A DNA stretch of 64,000 bases from positions 1 through 64,000 of IMG/VR virus record IMGVR_UViG_3300028886_000066. One strand, given 5' to 3'. The first letter of the stretch is position 1; each line of letters starts with the position of its first letter. The notes under the pieces are model-generated. The model was given only the letters and a program-made list of their open reading frames with translations, did not search any database and was not told the origin of the DNA. The position numbers were made by a program, and so were the translations under genes. Source of the DNA: a virus. Lineage: Duplodnaviria > Caudoviricetes. This document shows positions 1 through 9,523 of the stretch, piece after piece.

Positions 1-9
1 GTTAGCGGC

Positions 10-459
10 ATGATAGTTATGATGCGCGGCGGCGTTCCCGAATCGGTCAGCGGGTTAGTATATAACCTTTCCGAGAGGATGCAGTGGTGGTGGTCGGCGT
101 GGCTGATCGCCGTCGCTGCGTCTGTGATGGTTCCGCTGATGTCGGCTCTTGGCGATGTCGCTTGGCTTGGCTGGCTGACGGTGGTTTGTCTGATTGGTGC
201 CGCCGTCACGCCCGTGTTCAACCGTGACACGCGGACGATGCACTATGTATGTGGTATAGCGGCTGGGGTGCTCTCTCAGGTCTGCGTGGCCTGCCTGTGC
301 CCTTGGTGGCTGCTGGTGTGGCTAATCTGGCTTCCGCTGCTTGCGGGTGCTGTGGCGGCGTTTAACGACGCGGAAGAGACGCCTTACTTCATGGACGGGT
401 ACGGCGTGCTGGTTGCGGAATGTGTCTGTGCGGTGAGTTTGTATGGTGCCTTGTTTTGA
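10..459 (+). CDS. Multi-pass membrane protein (may start upstream of the window)
   Basis: 149-aa ORF with several hydrophobic segments, just upstream of the lysis genes. Confidence 0.6.
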   Translation: MIVMMRGGVPESVSGLVYNLSERMQWWWSAWLIAVAASVMVPLMSALGDVAWLGWLTVVCLIGAAVTPVFNRDTRTMHYVCGIAAGVLSQVCVACLCPWWLLVWLIWLPLLAGAVAAFNDAEETPYFMDGYGVLVAECVCAVSLYGALF

Positions 460-519
460 AAAAGGAACAACAAACGTTAAAAAAGGAATGATAAACGTTA
501 AAAAGGAAGTGTAAATAAG

Positions 520-1113
520 ATGACTGATGGTGTTGAAAATACAGTAGGAGGAAAGGCGATTCTCTGGGGGTCGATGGGTGCCGAGGTGTTGTCGGTGGTG
601 TATGACCTCCGTCACATGATACTCTGTGCGGCTGCGCTGATACTCGCTGACTTGTGGTGGGGATATAGTGCATCGAAGAAGCGATTTCTGCACGCGAAGA
701 GCATCGGGAATGAGACGCTGAAGGAGAAGTTCAAATGGCACAAGTCGCGGGCTGTGCGCAGGACGATGAATAAGATGGTGGACTATGTGACGTTCCTTGT
801 TTTGGGGGCATTGATTGGCTTGGCCATCACGGAGCCTATGGATATTTGCTCGCATATCTGGACGGCTGCTCTTGGTCTTGGAATCGGGTGCGGCTGCGAG
901 GTTGCTTCGATTATCGGGCACGTTGCATACGTGAAGATGGACGCTGAGATAAGCATGGTTGACGGCTGGAAGGCTTTCATGCGTTTCCTTGGTAGGCTGA
1001 TACGGGTCAAGTCGGAAGAGATTGGTGGTGCCGTTGAGGACTTGGGCAGGCACAGACATGGGCACCATGAGAGATATGACGAGTATGATGAGGAAACAAA
1101 TATGGAGGACTGA
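520..1113 (+). CDS. Putative holin (Bacteroidota phage type)
   Basis: TM segments, 'S.AVRRT.NK.VDY' motif, charged C-terminus, directly upstream of the endolysin. Confidence 0.65.
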   Translation: MTDGVENTVGGKAILWGSMGAEVLSVVYDLRHMILCAAALILADLWWGYSASKKRFLHAKSIGNETLKEKFKWHKSRAVRRTMNKMVDYVTFLVLGALIGLAITEPMDICSHIWTAALGLGIGCGCEVASIIGHVAYVKMDAEISMVDGWKAFMRFLGRLIRVKSEEIGGAVEDLGRHRHGHHERYDEYDEETNMED

Positions 1114-1115
1114 TT

Positions 1116-1739
1116 ATGAAACTGACAACGACACAGGTAAGACAGATTATGCCGAAGGCGCCGTATGAGCGTGCTTCGCAGTTTGCGATGTACTTCACGC
1201 AGTGGAGTGACAGATTTGGTGTTGACACGCCAGCGCGGGCGGCAGGTTTCTTGGCGCAGGTGGCGCATGAGTGTGCTGAGCTTAATACATTGACGGAGAA
1301 CCTGAACTACTCGGCTGAGGGGCTGCTGAAGGTGTTCCCGAAGTACTTCACACGGTCGAACGTCGGACTGTATGCGAGGAATCCGCAGAAGATAGGCAAT
1401 AGGGTGTATGCCAATAGGATGGGCAACGGCTCTGAGGGCAGCGGTGACGGGTATCGGTATCGCGGACGTGGGTGTATCATGATAACGGGTCGCCAGAACT
1501 ATAAGGCGTATGCTGACAGTCAGTATTGCAACGGCGATCTGATGGGACACCCCGAATGGCTGGCACAAATGCCTGGGGCGTTGAAAAGCGCGATGTGGTA
1601 CTGGCAGAAGCGTGGGCTGAACAAGTACGCTGACAAGGGCGACTTCGCGGGACTGACGAAAGCGATTAACGGCGGGTACAACGGTCTTGCGGACAGACAG
1701 AAGTATTACGAAAGGGCAAGGAAGGAGTTTGGGGCATGA
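1116..1739 (+). CDS. Endolysin, glycoside hydrolase family 19
   Basis: FLAQVAHE, ENLNYS, YRGRG.I.ITGR.NY, INGG.NGL.DR motifs. Confidence 0.92.
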   Translation: MKLTTTQVRQIMPKAPYERASQFAMYFTQWSDRFGVDTPARAAGFLAQVAHECAELNTLTENLNYSAEGLLKVFPKYFTRSNVGLYARNPQKIGNRVYANRMGNGSEGSGDGYRYRGRGCIMITGRQNYKAYADSQYCNGDLMGHPEWLAQMPGALKSAMWYWQKRGLNKYADKGDFAGLTKAINGGYNGLADRQKYYERARKEFGA

Positions 1740-2272
1740 ACTGGAAGAATGTACTGATATGGATTGTTATTCCGCTGCTGGCGGGCGTGTTCTATGGCAT
1801 GGTGTTTTCGTTTATCTTTGGCGGGTGTAATGGTGAGCCTCCGATGAAGACGGTGGTTACTACCGACACATTGGTTTTCAGAGACACCATCCACGATAGC
1901 GTCCCAAAGTTGGTGTATCGGAACGTGGTGAGATATGTCAAGGAAACGCCGATTTCTTTACACGACACTGTCTATGTGTCAAAGAATGAGGAAAATCTTT
2001 ACCTGACCGACTCGGGGGAGGTTGTCGTGCCGATTACACGGAAGGTCTATACGGATGATTCGACGTACAGGGCTGTTATTAGCGGGTACAAGGCCAGTCT
2101 CGACGAAATCGAGACATACAGGGAAAGGCAGGTGATTACGAATACCGTTACACACTATAAGGTGAAGCGTTGGAATGTCGGCGTGACGGGCGGTATAGGA
2201 TATGGACTGATGACAAGGAAGCCTGACGTGTTCGTTGGCGTTGGGGTGACTTATAACTTATTGCCGCCGTGA
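1736..2272 (+). CDS. Putative spanin-like lipoprotein (DUF6808-like)
   Basis: N-terminal hydrophobic segment with FGGC lipobox, DT-rich segments, C-terminal beta strands (GVTGGIGYG...VGVGVTY); third gene of the lysis cassette. Confidence 0.55.
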   Translation: MNWKNVLIWIVIPLLAGVFYGMVFSFIFGGCNGEPPMKTVVTTDTLVFRDTIHDSVPKLVYRNVVRYVKETPISLHDTVYVSKNEENLYLTDSGEVVVPITRKVYTDDSTYRAVISGYKASLDEIETYRERQVITNTVTHYKVKRWNVGVTGGIGYGLMTRKPDVFVGVGVTYNLLPP

Positions 2273-2417
2273 CGGTGGTACTCTTTGGTTAATAAATAAA
2301 GTTGTTTTAATGTTTTAATTGTTTTAGTGGTAATAAGTTTGTCCCGAAGCGTCGGGCGAAGTTAGTATTTTTTCATGGTTATTAGGTTTTAGTTTTAGGT
2401 TATGTTTATTATCGGTG

Positions 2418-2452
2418 AATCCCAGCCGCCTGTGAAGGTAGCTGGGATTTTT
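2418..2452 (+). terminator. GUGA-tetraloop hairpin plus T-run between convergent operons
   Basis: aatcccagc-cgcct-gtga-aggta-gctgggatt-ttt. Confidence 0.7.
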
Positions 2453-2487
2453 GAGAGGGTCATTTCTTATGTTCCTTTGCCATGTTA

Positions 2488-3225
2488 TTAATCATGGCAG
2501 TCCTCTTGGTAGTCTTGTGGTTTGCTTGTATAGTATTTCTCTATCTCCCGCTCTGTATGCTCGGTGTAGCAGCGCCAGTCGCCTTCATAGAGCCGGTAAA
2601 TCCATTTTCTGTCTTTTGTCTTGACCCTGGTAACTTTTGGATAGTGCTTTGCTGGCCAAATCTTGTCTTTTAGAGCATAGAGACCGCCTTCGACCACCTC
2701 CTCGTACTTAGGACACGGCACCATCTTGTCTTCCTCAATCTTCCATACGGCATACTTTGGCCCCTTGTCCTTGCCGCCCATCATGTAGCAATGCCCGTCC
2801 TTTGCTTTCAGACACTTGTTGCAGTTGCCATCCGGCTGGTCTTCAGTCAGCTCCACGGAGAGTATCTCGTCGTAGCGACCACGATAATCCCCTTTGCCGT
2901 AGAAGCAGGGCACGACCTCTCCGCTGCCATTAATGGCATAGCCGTTAAACACTCCTATAATGGTGTAGGTAGCTCCCAATGCGTACATCTTCTCTTTGCG
3001 GGCTTCCTCGGTCGCCATCTTACGCGATGCCTCTGTCACCCGTGCCGTCACCTTAATCCGCTGGAAGCGTTTTAGTACCAGTGGCTGATGCTCCGCAATA
3101 TATTGCAGTTTCAGGTCAAGGATTTTCTTGTCGCGCCGACGGATTTTGACTTCTATCGACCGTTCGATCTTCTCCTGCTCTTTCTCCAGCGCTTTTACCT
3201 GCTGTGTAAGTTCTTCGTAGTTCAT
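2488..3225 (-). CDS. Hypothetical protein (N-terminal coiled coil, Cys cluster)
   Basis: 245-aa ORF in the leftward operon. Confidence 0.7.
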   Translation of the reverse strand: MNYEELTQQVKALEKEQEKIERSIEVKIRRRDKKILDLKLQYIAEHQPLVLKRFQRIKVTARVTEASRKMATEEARKEKMYALGATYTIIGVFNGYAINGSGEVVPCFYGKGDYRGRYDEILSVELTEDQPDGNCNKCLKAKDGHCYMMGGKDKGPKYAVWKIEEDKMVPCPKYEEVVEGGLYALKDKIWPAKHYPKVTRVKTKDRKWIYRLYEGDWRCYTEHTEREIEKYYTSKPQDYQEDCHD

Positions 3226-3240
3226 ATTGCTCAGTCCTCC

Positions 3241-3558
3241 TTAATCTATTTTAATGAAATCATCGGCATACGATGTTGTCTCGGTCAGTACAAACTGAAG
3301 CGTGAGCATTGTCCCATCAAGGTGCGCCATAAATCCACCGCTTCCGCATGAATAGTTGTCCTCTCCGTAATGGCTTGCGGCACTGACAAGCAGCCCCTCG
3401 GCCTTCTTCATGATGCGAAATGTGCTTGGTATGGTCATTTCCCCATCGCCAATGTCCCACTTCCAGTCAAGATTGACCATAATTCGGTGTACGCGGTCAA
3501 AGTCGAAATCTTCCATGACTGCCGCTACCATGTTTTCAATTAGTTGTTCTCTGCTCAT
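3241..3558 (-). CDS. Hypothetical phage protein
   Basis: 105-aa ORF in tight operon packing. Confidence 0.7.
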   Translation of the reverse strand: MSREQLIENMVAAVMEDFDFDRVHRIMVNLDWKWDIGDGEMTIPSTFRIMKKAEGLLVSAASHYGEDNYSCGSGGFMAHLDGTMLTLQFVLTETTSYADDFIKID

Positions 3559-3571
3559 AGTTCCTTTTGTT

Positions 3572-3829
3572 TTATGTTTTACATTTTATCTCGCCACCGT
3601 AAACAATATCCATTTTGGGTTTGCGGCGTGGCTTGTCAACGAACTTGTAGTGTACCCAGTAGTCCTTGTCCTCGTACCATTCTTGGTCGAAAGGAACGAG
3701 GTGAAACATTTCGCCCTCGAAGTCCACACCGATGAGCATACAATCGATGTCACAGTCTGGGTGCTTCGTGTGCCATATCATCGTTTCCGAGTGGCGGTAG
3801 TGGTAGTTGGCGAACTGGTTCTGAGTCAT
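3572..3829 (-). CDS. Hypothetical phage protein
   Basis: 85-aa ORF in operon. Confidence 0.65.
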   Translation of the reverse strand: MTQNQFANYHYRHSETMIWHTKHPDCDIDCMLIGVDFEGEMFHLVPFDQEWYEDKDYWVHYKFVDKPRRKPKMDIVYGGEIKCKT

Positions 3830-4442
3830 TTCTTCATTATTTCGATTGCAGCGTTACTGCCAGCGGCGTAGCTCACAACGCTGACTTCGTGTAGCACCTC
3901 TTGGAGTTGTGCTGCCTTCATTCCTACGCATAGCGGGGCTATACGTTCATGCCATTGGCCTAAGTTCTCGTCTTTTCGTTTTTGGAGTTCGCGCTTCATA
4001 GTTCCTTATAAATTCGTTTAATTCGTCAATACTCCCAACCTTTCAGCGGCTTGCGGCCTCGCTTGCATCCAATGTCATCGGGTTAAACCTTCTTGCCCTG
4101 CCGTCTGATAAATCGGTTCATCTGCTTCTTTAGCCACTTGCGGGAATAGGAGAAGCACCGCCAAGGCGTGTCGCTCTCCTTCCCCCACTTGATTTCAAAT
4201 CGTTCTATCTTTTCTCTTGTTGTAGCCATTATTCGTTCAATTCGTGTTCAAAAGAGTGAAGAGTGAAGAATTTGCTACCGCTGTGGTTTCTTGTGTTCCA
4301 TGTAGTACGGCTTGCCTGTTGCCCAGTCCTTGACCTTGCAATCTGGATAGGTGCAAGGTTGCGTCCATGATTCAACGAGGCAATAATGAGCCGCACAACT
4401 ATGGTACCAACATTCTGCTGCTTCTTTCGGTATTGGCATAGG

Positions 4443-4871
4443 TCAGTCCTCCTTCTCGATGATTTCCTTCACTTCGTCCTGCGTGAAGATGAAGTCCTTG
4501 CCGTATGCCTGTAGGCAGCAGCACGTCAGTTCCACGCCTACGGCCTTGTAGTATTCTGCGACATGATAGAGGTCGGGAACGGCCTGCGGGTTGAACTGCT
4601 CCTTGTGCTCCTTGATGCGGTGTATCGCATTGTATCGGTGCAATCCAATCTCACTCATCATCAGTCCGTAGTCAAGCCAGCCTTTCCTCTGGCTTTCCTC
4701 TTCAATGCCCGGAGGTGTCGGCTCTTCCTGCTTCATCTCGTCGATGATGGACTTAACATCATTATAGGCCCAAACCCTGTGCGACCCCATGTTGTGTAAC
4801 TCTTCAAGATTTACGTCCATCAGCTTTTTGTTTATCTCGGCAATCAGTTTATCTGCGTCAATGTACTTCAT
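4443..4871 (-). CDS. Hypothetical protein (MKYIDADKL N-terminus)
   Basis: 142-aa ORF; N-terminus resembles 5880..6173. Confidence 0.7.
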   Translation of the reverse strand: MKYIDADKLIAEINKKLMDVNLEELHNMGSHRVWAYNDVKSIIDEMKQEEPTPPGIEEESQRKGWLDYGLMMSEIGLHRYNAIHRIKEHKEQFNPQAVPDLYHVAEYYKAVGVELTCCCLQAYGKDFIFTQDEVKEIIEKED

Positions 4872-5029
4872 ATATTGCTGTTTTTATAAATATGATACCA
4901 ATATTCTTCGCCTATATGCTCAATAAGGGATTGTTCTATTTTGTTGCTCCACTTGTTCGATGGCGCGGATAAATACGCCAGTGCCCCGATGCTTCACGGG
5001 GTGATGGCTTCTGATGTATAAATCTAAGC

Positions 5030-5626
5030 TCATAGTTCCTTTATATTTACGAAATCAATTAATAAAATATCGTCCTCCGTTCCTTGTTGGAGAATCTTTT
5101 CGTTGTTCAGTTTGGCGTAAAGCCACGGGTACCAGTCATCGAGATACTTTGGTGGGCAAACTGAACTATACTTCTCGGTGCAGGTGGGTTCTGGTGATTC
5201 AAAGTGATAGTCGTATTCCCAGTTGTAGAGGTTGCGTCCACACCAAAAATGGATATTGGGGTATCTTTGACGCATACGTTCACAGAATGCAATGAAGTAC
5301 TCTTTTGAAAAGTCGGTGTATTGTTTTTTGTTCCTGACCTCATGTATTACACGAACATAACAATCTCCGCGTGTATCGAGCCACAATAAATCATTCAGTA
5401 GTCTCACAATATCATATTCATACTCAACAATGCCATGAGCTACTATTAATACTTCTGGTTCTTTAAATCTTACCCTGAGGTCAAAGCACCTTACATCATG
5501 CAGTGTGTACTGCTCAATGATTGTAGCCCTTTGGCAGCGGGCAGTGAATGCTATCAGGCGCATCCACCATTTTCTTGGTTTGAGATAGCTCCAGCTATTG
5601 TGGGAGCCTAAGATGTATTTACTCAT
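5030..5626 (-). CDS. PI-specific phospholipase C X-domain-like phosphodiesterase
   Basis: LGSHNS, Q...I.EQ...VR.FDLRVR and VAHG motifs carrying both catalytic His. Confidence 0.75.
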   Translation of the reverse strand: MSKYILGSHNSWSYLKPRKWWMRLIAFTARCQRATIIEQYTLHDVRCFDLRVRFKEPEVLIVAHGIVEYEYDIVRLLNDLLWLDTRGDCYVRVIHEVRNKKQYTDFSKEYFIAFCERMRQRYPNIHFWCGRNLYNWEYDYHFESPEPTCTEKYSSVCPPKYLDDWYPWLYAKLNNEKILQQGTEDDILLIDFVNIKEL

Positions 5627-5871
5627 TGTTCGCCTCCTTCCTTGTTACTCTTTTGTTTGTCAGCTATAAAACGCCAGTGGGTGTAGTCGTTCAGGCTTCC
5701 CCACCCAGGACGTAGATAGATATAGTAACCAGACATTTCGACCACTATTTCCCCACTGATGATAGTTCCATCAGGCTTCAACAGTTCAACGTCGGTGCTA
5801 TGCGGTGGCATCTCAACGTTCATTGGATGCCATTTAGAATCCTTACTTTCGATGTAAATTCTTTCACTCAT
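5623..5871 (-). CDS. Hypothetical protein (DUF551-like)
   Basis: W....EMPP...THWR pattern. Confidence 0.6.
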   Translation of the reverse strand: MSERIYIESKDSKWHPMNVEMPPHSTDVELLKPDGTIISGEIVVEMSGYYIYLRPGWGSLNDYTHWRFIADKQKSNKEGGEQ

Positions 5872-5879
5872 TTTCCTTT

Positions 5880-6173
5880 CTATACTTTACTTACTGCCAT
5901 TCCAAGCTCAAAGAAATGTTTGGCAATATTCTCAAACTCTTCCCAACAACCCTCGAAAAATTTATCTGAGGTATCATCCCATACACGGTCTATTTCCTTA
6001 TCCAAATCCACCTCTTTCACTTCAAGGGTGTCGAGAAAAGAAAGTACTTCATCATAAGATTCTTCCTTGCAACGTGTTTGCATAGATATTTGGGAAGAGC
6101 AAGCACCTCTTAGGAGTTGCCCTTTCAGCTTCTCAATCTCCGCTACTAAAGCGTCTTTGTCTATCAGTTTCAT
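5880..6173 (-). CDS. Hypothetical protein
   Basis: 97-aa ORF starting MKLIDKDALVAEI. Confidence 0.7.
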   Translation of the reverse strand: MKLIDKDALVAEIEKLKGQLLRGACSSQISMQTRCKEESYDEVLSFLDTLEVKEVDLDKEIDRVWDDTSDKFFEGCWEEFENIAKHFFELGMAVSKV

Positions 6174-6328
6174 AACTTTACCTTTTTAGTTGCGAATGTA
6201 ATATACCAAAATAGCCATGCAAATTGTAGATAATAGATATTAATTCCTGTGAGTTTAATCCAACTTATATTGATGTTAGGTGTTATTGCAAAACACTTTA
6301 TCATTTTATCTTTCTTTATCTCCATACC

Positions 6329-6715
6329 TTACTTTCCTTTCATATAGTTTTTGAAATCGCTAAAATACCTACAATCATGTCGGCAAATGTGAGTATGAAC
6401 ACTATGAGCAAAATGCCCACAAACTTTACAATAAGCATCACAAGCCTTCTCAATAAACTTGTCCTGCTTATATTTCAGATATTTCTCAGCATCCTTCATT
6501 GTCTCGTCAAATGAAGGGAGATTTCCGTTCAAGTCAATTGGATAGCCTTTCTTTTCATACAGATACTTTGCAATCATCTTTTCATCAGGGTTAGTATCTG
6601 CCCACATTGCACCATCTATGATAGCAAGACGAATAATTTCTTTAAGTTCTTCGTTCTCCATCCCTTTACCCTTGAATGAGTTGGCATAGTTCAATATTTC
6701 TTCTGTTCTTGCCAT
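6329..6715 (-). CDS. Hypothetical protein (FIEKAC...NYMKG C-terminus)
   Basis: 128-aa ORF. Confidence 0.7.
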   Translation of the reverse strand: MARTEEILNYANSFKGKGMENEELKEIIRLAIIDGAMWADTNPDEKMIAKYLYEKKGYPIDLNGNLPSFDETMKDAEKYLKYKQDKFIEKACDAYCKVCGHFAHSVHTHICRHDCRYFSDFKNYMKGK

Positions 6716-6718
6716 ACC

Positions 6719-6874
6719 TTACTCTCCTTTCACATATTTTTCAAGCTTATCAAGAAACTCTTGTAACGAATACTCTGCCTTCAGCTTATATTTTCCATTG
6801 CCCATAGGCAGCTCTTTGAGATTATCAATAAGGAACTCTTCTACCTTCCAAATACTAATATTATTGTCAGTCAT
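6719..6874 (-). CDS. Small hypothetical protein (MTDNNISIW...KYVKGE)
   Basis: 51-aa ORF translated by hand; fills the gap between neighbours. Confidence 0.6.
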   Translation of the reverse strand: MTDNNISIWKVEEFLIDNLKELPMGNGKYKLKAEYSLQEFLDKLEKYVKGE

Positions 6875-6876
6875 AA

Positions 6877-7107
6877 TTACTCTCCTTTCATATAGTTTCT
6901 AAATTCTCTAATAAACTTTGCTTTTGTCTGAAATGTATATCCGTCACATTTCATATTTCCAGCAAGAAATTCACAAGCCTTCTCAATAAAGGCATCAGTA
7001 CCGGTGTATTCAACCGCTGTATCGTCATCAGGGTCAGGAACTTGATATAAATAAGTACTATAAATATTCTTACTTAGATATAATCTCTTTGGTGCGTTTG
7101 CTTTCAT
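6877..7107 (-). CDS. Hypothetical protein (FIEKAC...NYMKGE C-terminus)
   Basis: 76-aa ORF. Confidence 0.7.
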   Translation of the reverse strand: MKANAPKRLYLSKNIYSTYLYQVPDPDDDTAVEYTGTDAFIEKACEFLAGNMKCDGYTFQTKAKFIREFRNYMKGE

Positions 7108-7679
7108 AACTTTCCTGCTTTTAGTTTCTTTAATTGTTCGGATAGACTGTATAATTGATGTATCGTGTCTTGTGATATTTCCCAGTCCGCTTTATTACGT
7201 ATATACGAACAAATGCCATCTAAAGCTTCCGTCTGCTCATCACTCGGCTTCCACCTGTTCTGAGGTCTGAGAGATTTGAGCCTTTCTGCTGCCTTGTTAA
7301 ATGGAAGATTATAACCACCATACGTTGTATCAGGTGAATCTTCATCGTATAAATCATCCAAAGCAATTATAGCCATTCCTATAGCCTCTTCATCCTCTTC
7401 ACTCCAAGCAGGGTTCTGCTCACCTTGCTTTTCAAGCCACGCAATCCATGCACTAATATTCTTATACTTAGGGTCGTTGGGATAATACTCGGCTCTGTTT
7501 TTACAGAAGCCGAGAAGTTCTTTCCTAATCTTCTCATCCTCACTCTCTTTGAGTTCGGGAAAGATTTCTTCCATACGGTTAATCTCGGCAATATCACTAC
7601 TGAATCTACGTATATTCTCAGCGACCTTATAAGCCTCGTCATAGCGTTTTGCTTTTTCCTCAATTGATAGTTCTTTCAT
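7104..7679 (-). CDS. Hypothetical protein (ESEDEKIRK / WSEEDE / WKPSDEQ modules)
   Basis: 191-aa ORF with modular motifs common in Bacteroidota phage accessory genes. Confidence 0.7.
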   Translation of the reverse strand: MKELSIEEKAKRYDEAYKVAENIRRFSSDIAEINRMEEIFPELKESEDEKIRKELLGFCKNRAEYYPNDPKYKNISAWIAWLEKQGEQNPAWSEEDEEAIGMAIIALDDLYDEDSPDTTYGGYNLPFNKAAERLKSLRPQNRWKPSDEQTEALDGICSYIRNKADWEISQDTIHQLYSLSEQLKKLKAGKL

Positions 7680-7771
7680 AATTCAACAACATTTAATAAT
7701 TTCCATTACAATAACCAAGACAAACCATGCAATAGATAATAGTCTTAGACTTTTTAGTTTTTCTTCCATAA

Positions 7772-8140
7772 TCACAACATTTTAAGTTCATTCAAACTCA
7801 TAATCATATTTACACAAGCATCAATAGGATTATCAGCAAATGTATGTCTAAAGCTATTTCCATTAATATCCTCATAACAACAACAGTATTCTGCCCCTTC
7901 TTTACTTAATGTAAGAAAGTGATTATCTTCTGACTCGTCAGGTAAAACATCAAGCAATGCTGCGAGACTCCAAGCACAAATTTCATCTTCTCTACCACAT
8001 ACAGCAATATCATTGATTGGCACTACTCTATATTCTCTTTCTGTAAAGGGTAGTATTTTCATATCCGCACTTTCAAGTGGCAATATCTCTGCCAACTTAA
8101 GACTTTGCTCTACAGAGGTAAATGCTTTGATTGTTACCAT
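7772..8140 (-). CDS. Hypothetical protein
   Basis: 122-aa ORF with AWSLAALLDVLP motif. Confidence 0.7.
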   Translation of the reverse strand: MVTIKAFTSVEQSLKLAEILPLESADMKILPFTEREYRVVPINDIAVCGREDEICAWSLAALLDVLPDESEDNHFLTLSKEGAEYCCCYEDINGNSFRHTFADNPIDACVNMIMSLNELKML

Positions 8141-8164
8141 AGTTATGTTGTTTTGTTTTAGGGT

Positions 8165-8479
8165 TTATTCTGTTCTTTCAAATTCTCTTCCTGTGCACTT
8201 GGCTGTCACTTCGAGGTCGAAGCCGGTGATGCAGAACTCCTTTTCGTGTTCAGGTAATGCTACTTCTAACAGCCATTCGTAGATTCGCCTGCCGATGGCG
8301 AGGTACTGGTTACTGTCGTCGGGAATACCGTTGTGCGATTCCTTCTGTATGGCCAGCTCCACATTGTCTTGGCAGTCTGGATTTCTTAGTATGATGCCGT
8401 TGTCAGCGAACTCAATGGTCATTCGTAATGTATCTGCGGAAGAGACACGGGGCTTGGGGGTGTTGTTCTTGTTGGGCAT
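8165..8479 (-). CDS. Hypothetical protein
   Basis: 104-aa ORF. Confidence 0.65.
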   Translation of the reverse strand: MPNKNNTPKPRVSSADTLRMTIEFADNGIILRNPDCQDNVELAIQKESHNGIPDDSNQYLAIGRRIYEWLLEVALPEHEKEFCITGFDLEVTAKCTGREFERTE

Positions 8480-8484
8480 GGTGG

Positions 8485-8778
8485 TTATTTGTTTACTTCC
8501 TTATCGCTAACTTGCTTATGGTCGTTCCATCCGAGCTGGTAGCCGATGGAGAAGAGGGTCAAGAGCTGACGTGCTACATCGTCAGTCTCTTCTTTACTGT
8601 GTGGGGTCTTGAATCCCACTTCGACGAACTCATTGAAGAGCTGTTTGATGCGCTCATAGACGGCTCTCTGTAGGTCTTCGTGCTCCTGCTCCATTCTCTT
8701 CATGAAGTCGAGCATCTTTTCGTCCGCTGGCATTTCGAAGGAAACGCTTGCGGTGAAGGGTGGTTTGGGTGTAGTCAT
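8485..8778 (-). CDS. Hypothetical protein
   Basis: ORF; probable start MTTPKPP. Confidence 0.6.
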   Translation of the reverse strand: MTTPKPPFTASVSFEMPADEKMLDFMKRMEQEHEDLQRAVYERIKQLFNEFVEVGFKTPHSKEETDDVARQLLTLFSIGYQLGWNDHKQVSDKEVNK

Positions 8779-8881
8779 TGATTTGTTTGTATATTCAGGG
8801 TTATTTCTATTGTTACTGGGTCGTCCGTCCATTTGAGTGGTGGCAGCGTGAAGCCTTTTGGGGTTTCGATTGCCTTTGCCA

Positions 8882-9175
8882 TTAGTCCGACGAATCTACG
8901 TGATAAGTCATTCCAAGTTCCTCGCAGCGGTACACTGTGTCAGTGCCACGATGATTGTAGGATACGCATTTGAATGAGTAACCTTGTTCGCATACAGCAT
9001 CATAGACGGCACGTTCCAATCCTCCGTGCATAAACGTACCAAGCTTCGGCAGGAGAGAGCAAGGGTACCATCCGTTTGCATAGCCGAGATCTCCAATCGG
9101 CGCCAGCAGCCTGACGTCCCTCAGTCCCATCAGCCCGACCTTGCGCAGCAGTTCTTCTTTGTCTTTGTTAAACAT
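8882..9175 (-). CDS. Hypothetical protein
   Basis: 97-aa ORF, first gene after the leftward promoter. Confidence 0.6.
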   Translation of the reverse strand: MFNKDKEELLRKVGLMGLRDVRLLAPIGDLGYANGWYPCSLLPKLGTFMHGGLERAVYDAVCEQGYSFKCVSYNHRGTDTVYRCEELGMTYHVDSSD

Positions 9176-9293
9176 CGTATAAAAATGAGAGAAGAGGCTT
9201 TGGCCGCATATTGTGGTATTCTGCGGCCTCTGCCAAATCCCTCAAAACTTCTACTAACTTTCGCCTGAATACCACTAAAGGCGATTATCGCTG

Positions 9294-9301
9294 CAAAGAT
9301 A
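9294..9301 (-). promoter_or_regulatory. Bacteroidota sigma70 -7 element (TATCTTTG) for the leftward accessory operon
   Basis: Matches TAnnTTTG upstream of 9175. Confidence 0.65.
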
Positions 9302-9515
9302 GTCAAATGTGTGTGTGTAGTATGTAAAGATTTCTGATATTAGGATTTATTCTTGTGGTCGTTTGTGGTTATTTATTGTTGTGTATATAGTTTCATATTT
9401 ACAACTATTTTTGTGTTGTTATGTTAAATCGTAAACACTTTTTAAGTTTTGAAGAATTTTTCGGGCAAAAGTGCATTTTTCTTCAAAAAGACTTGCAAGG
9501 TGTCGTTTGTCATAG

Positions 9516-9523
9516 TAATTTTG
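9516..9523 (+). promoter_or_regulatory. -7 element (TAATTTTG)
   Basis: Matches TAnnTTTG followed by CA. Confidence 0.65.

Noticed and set aside
322-1568. Long antisense ORFs over the lysis genes (and similar ones at 17596-18345, 26649-27458, 27962-28792)
   Set aside because: Shadows of well-supported genes on the opposite strand
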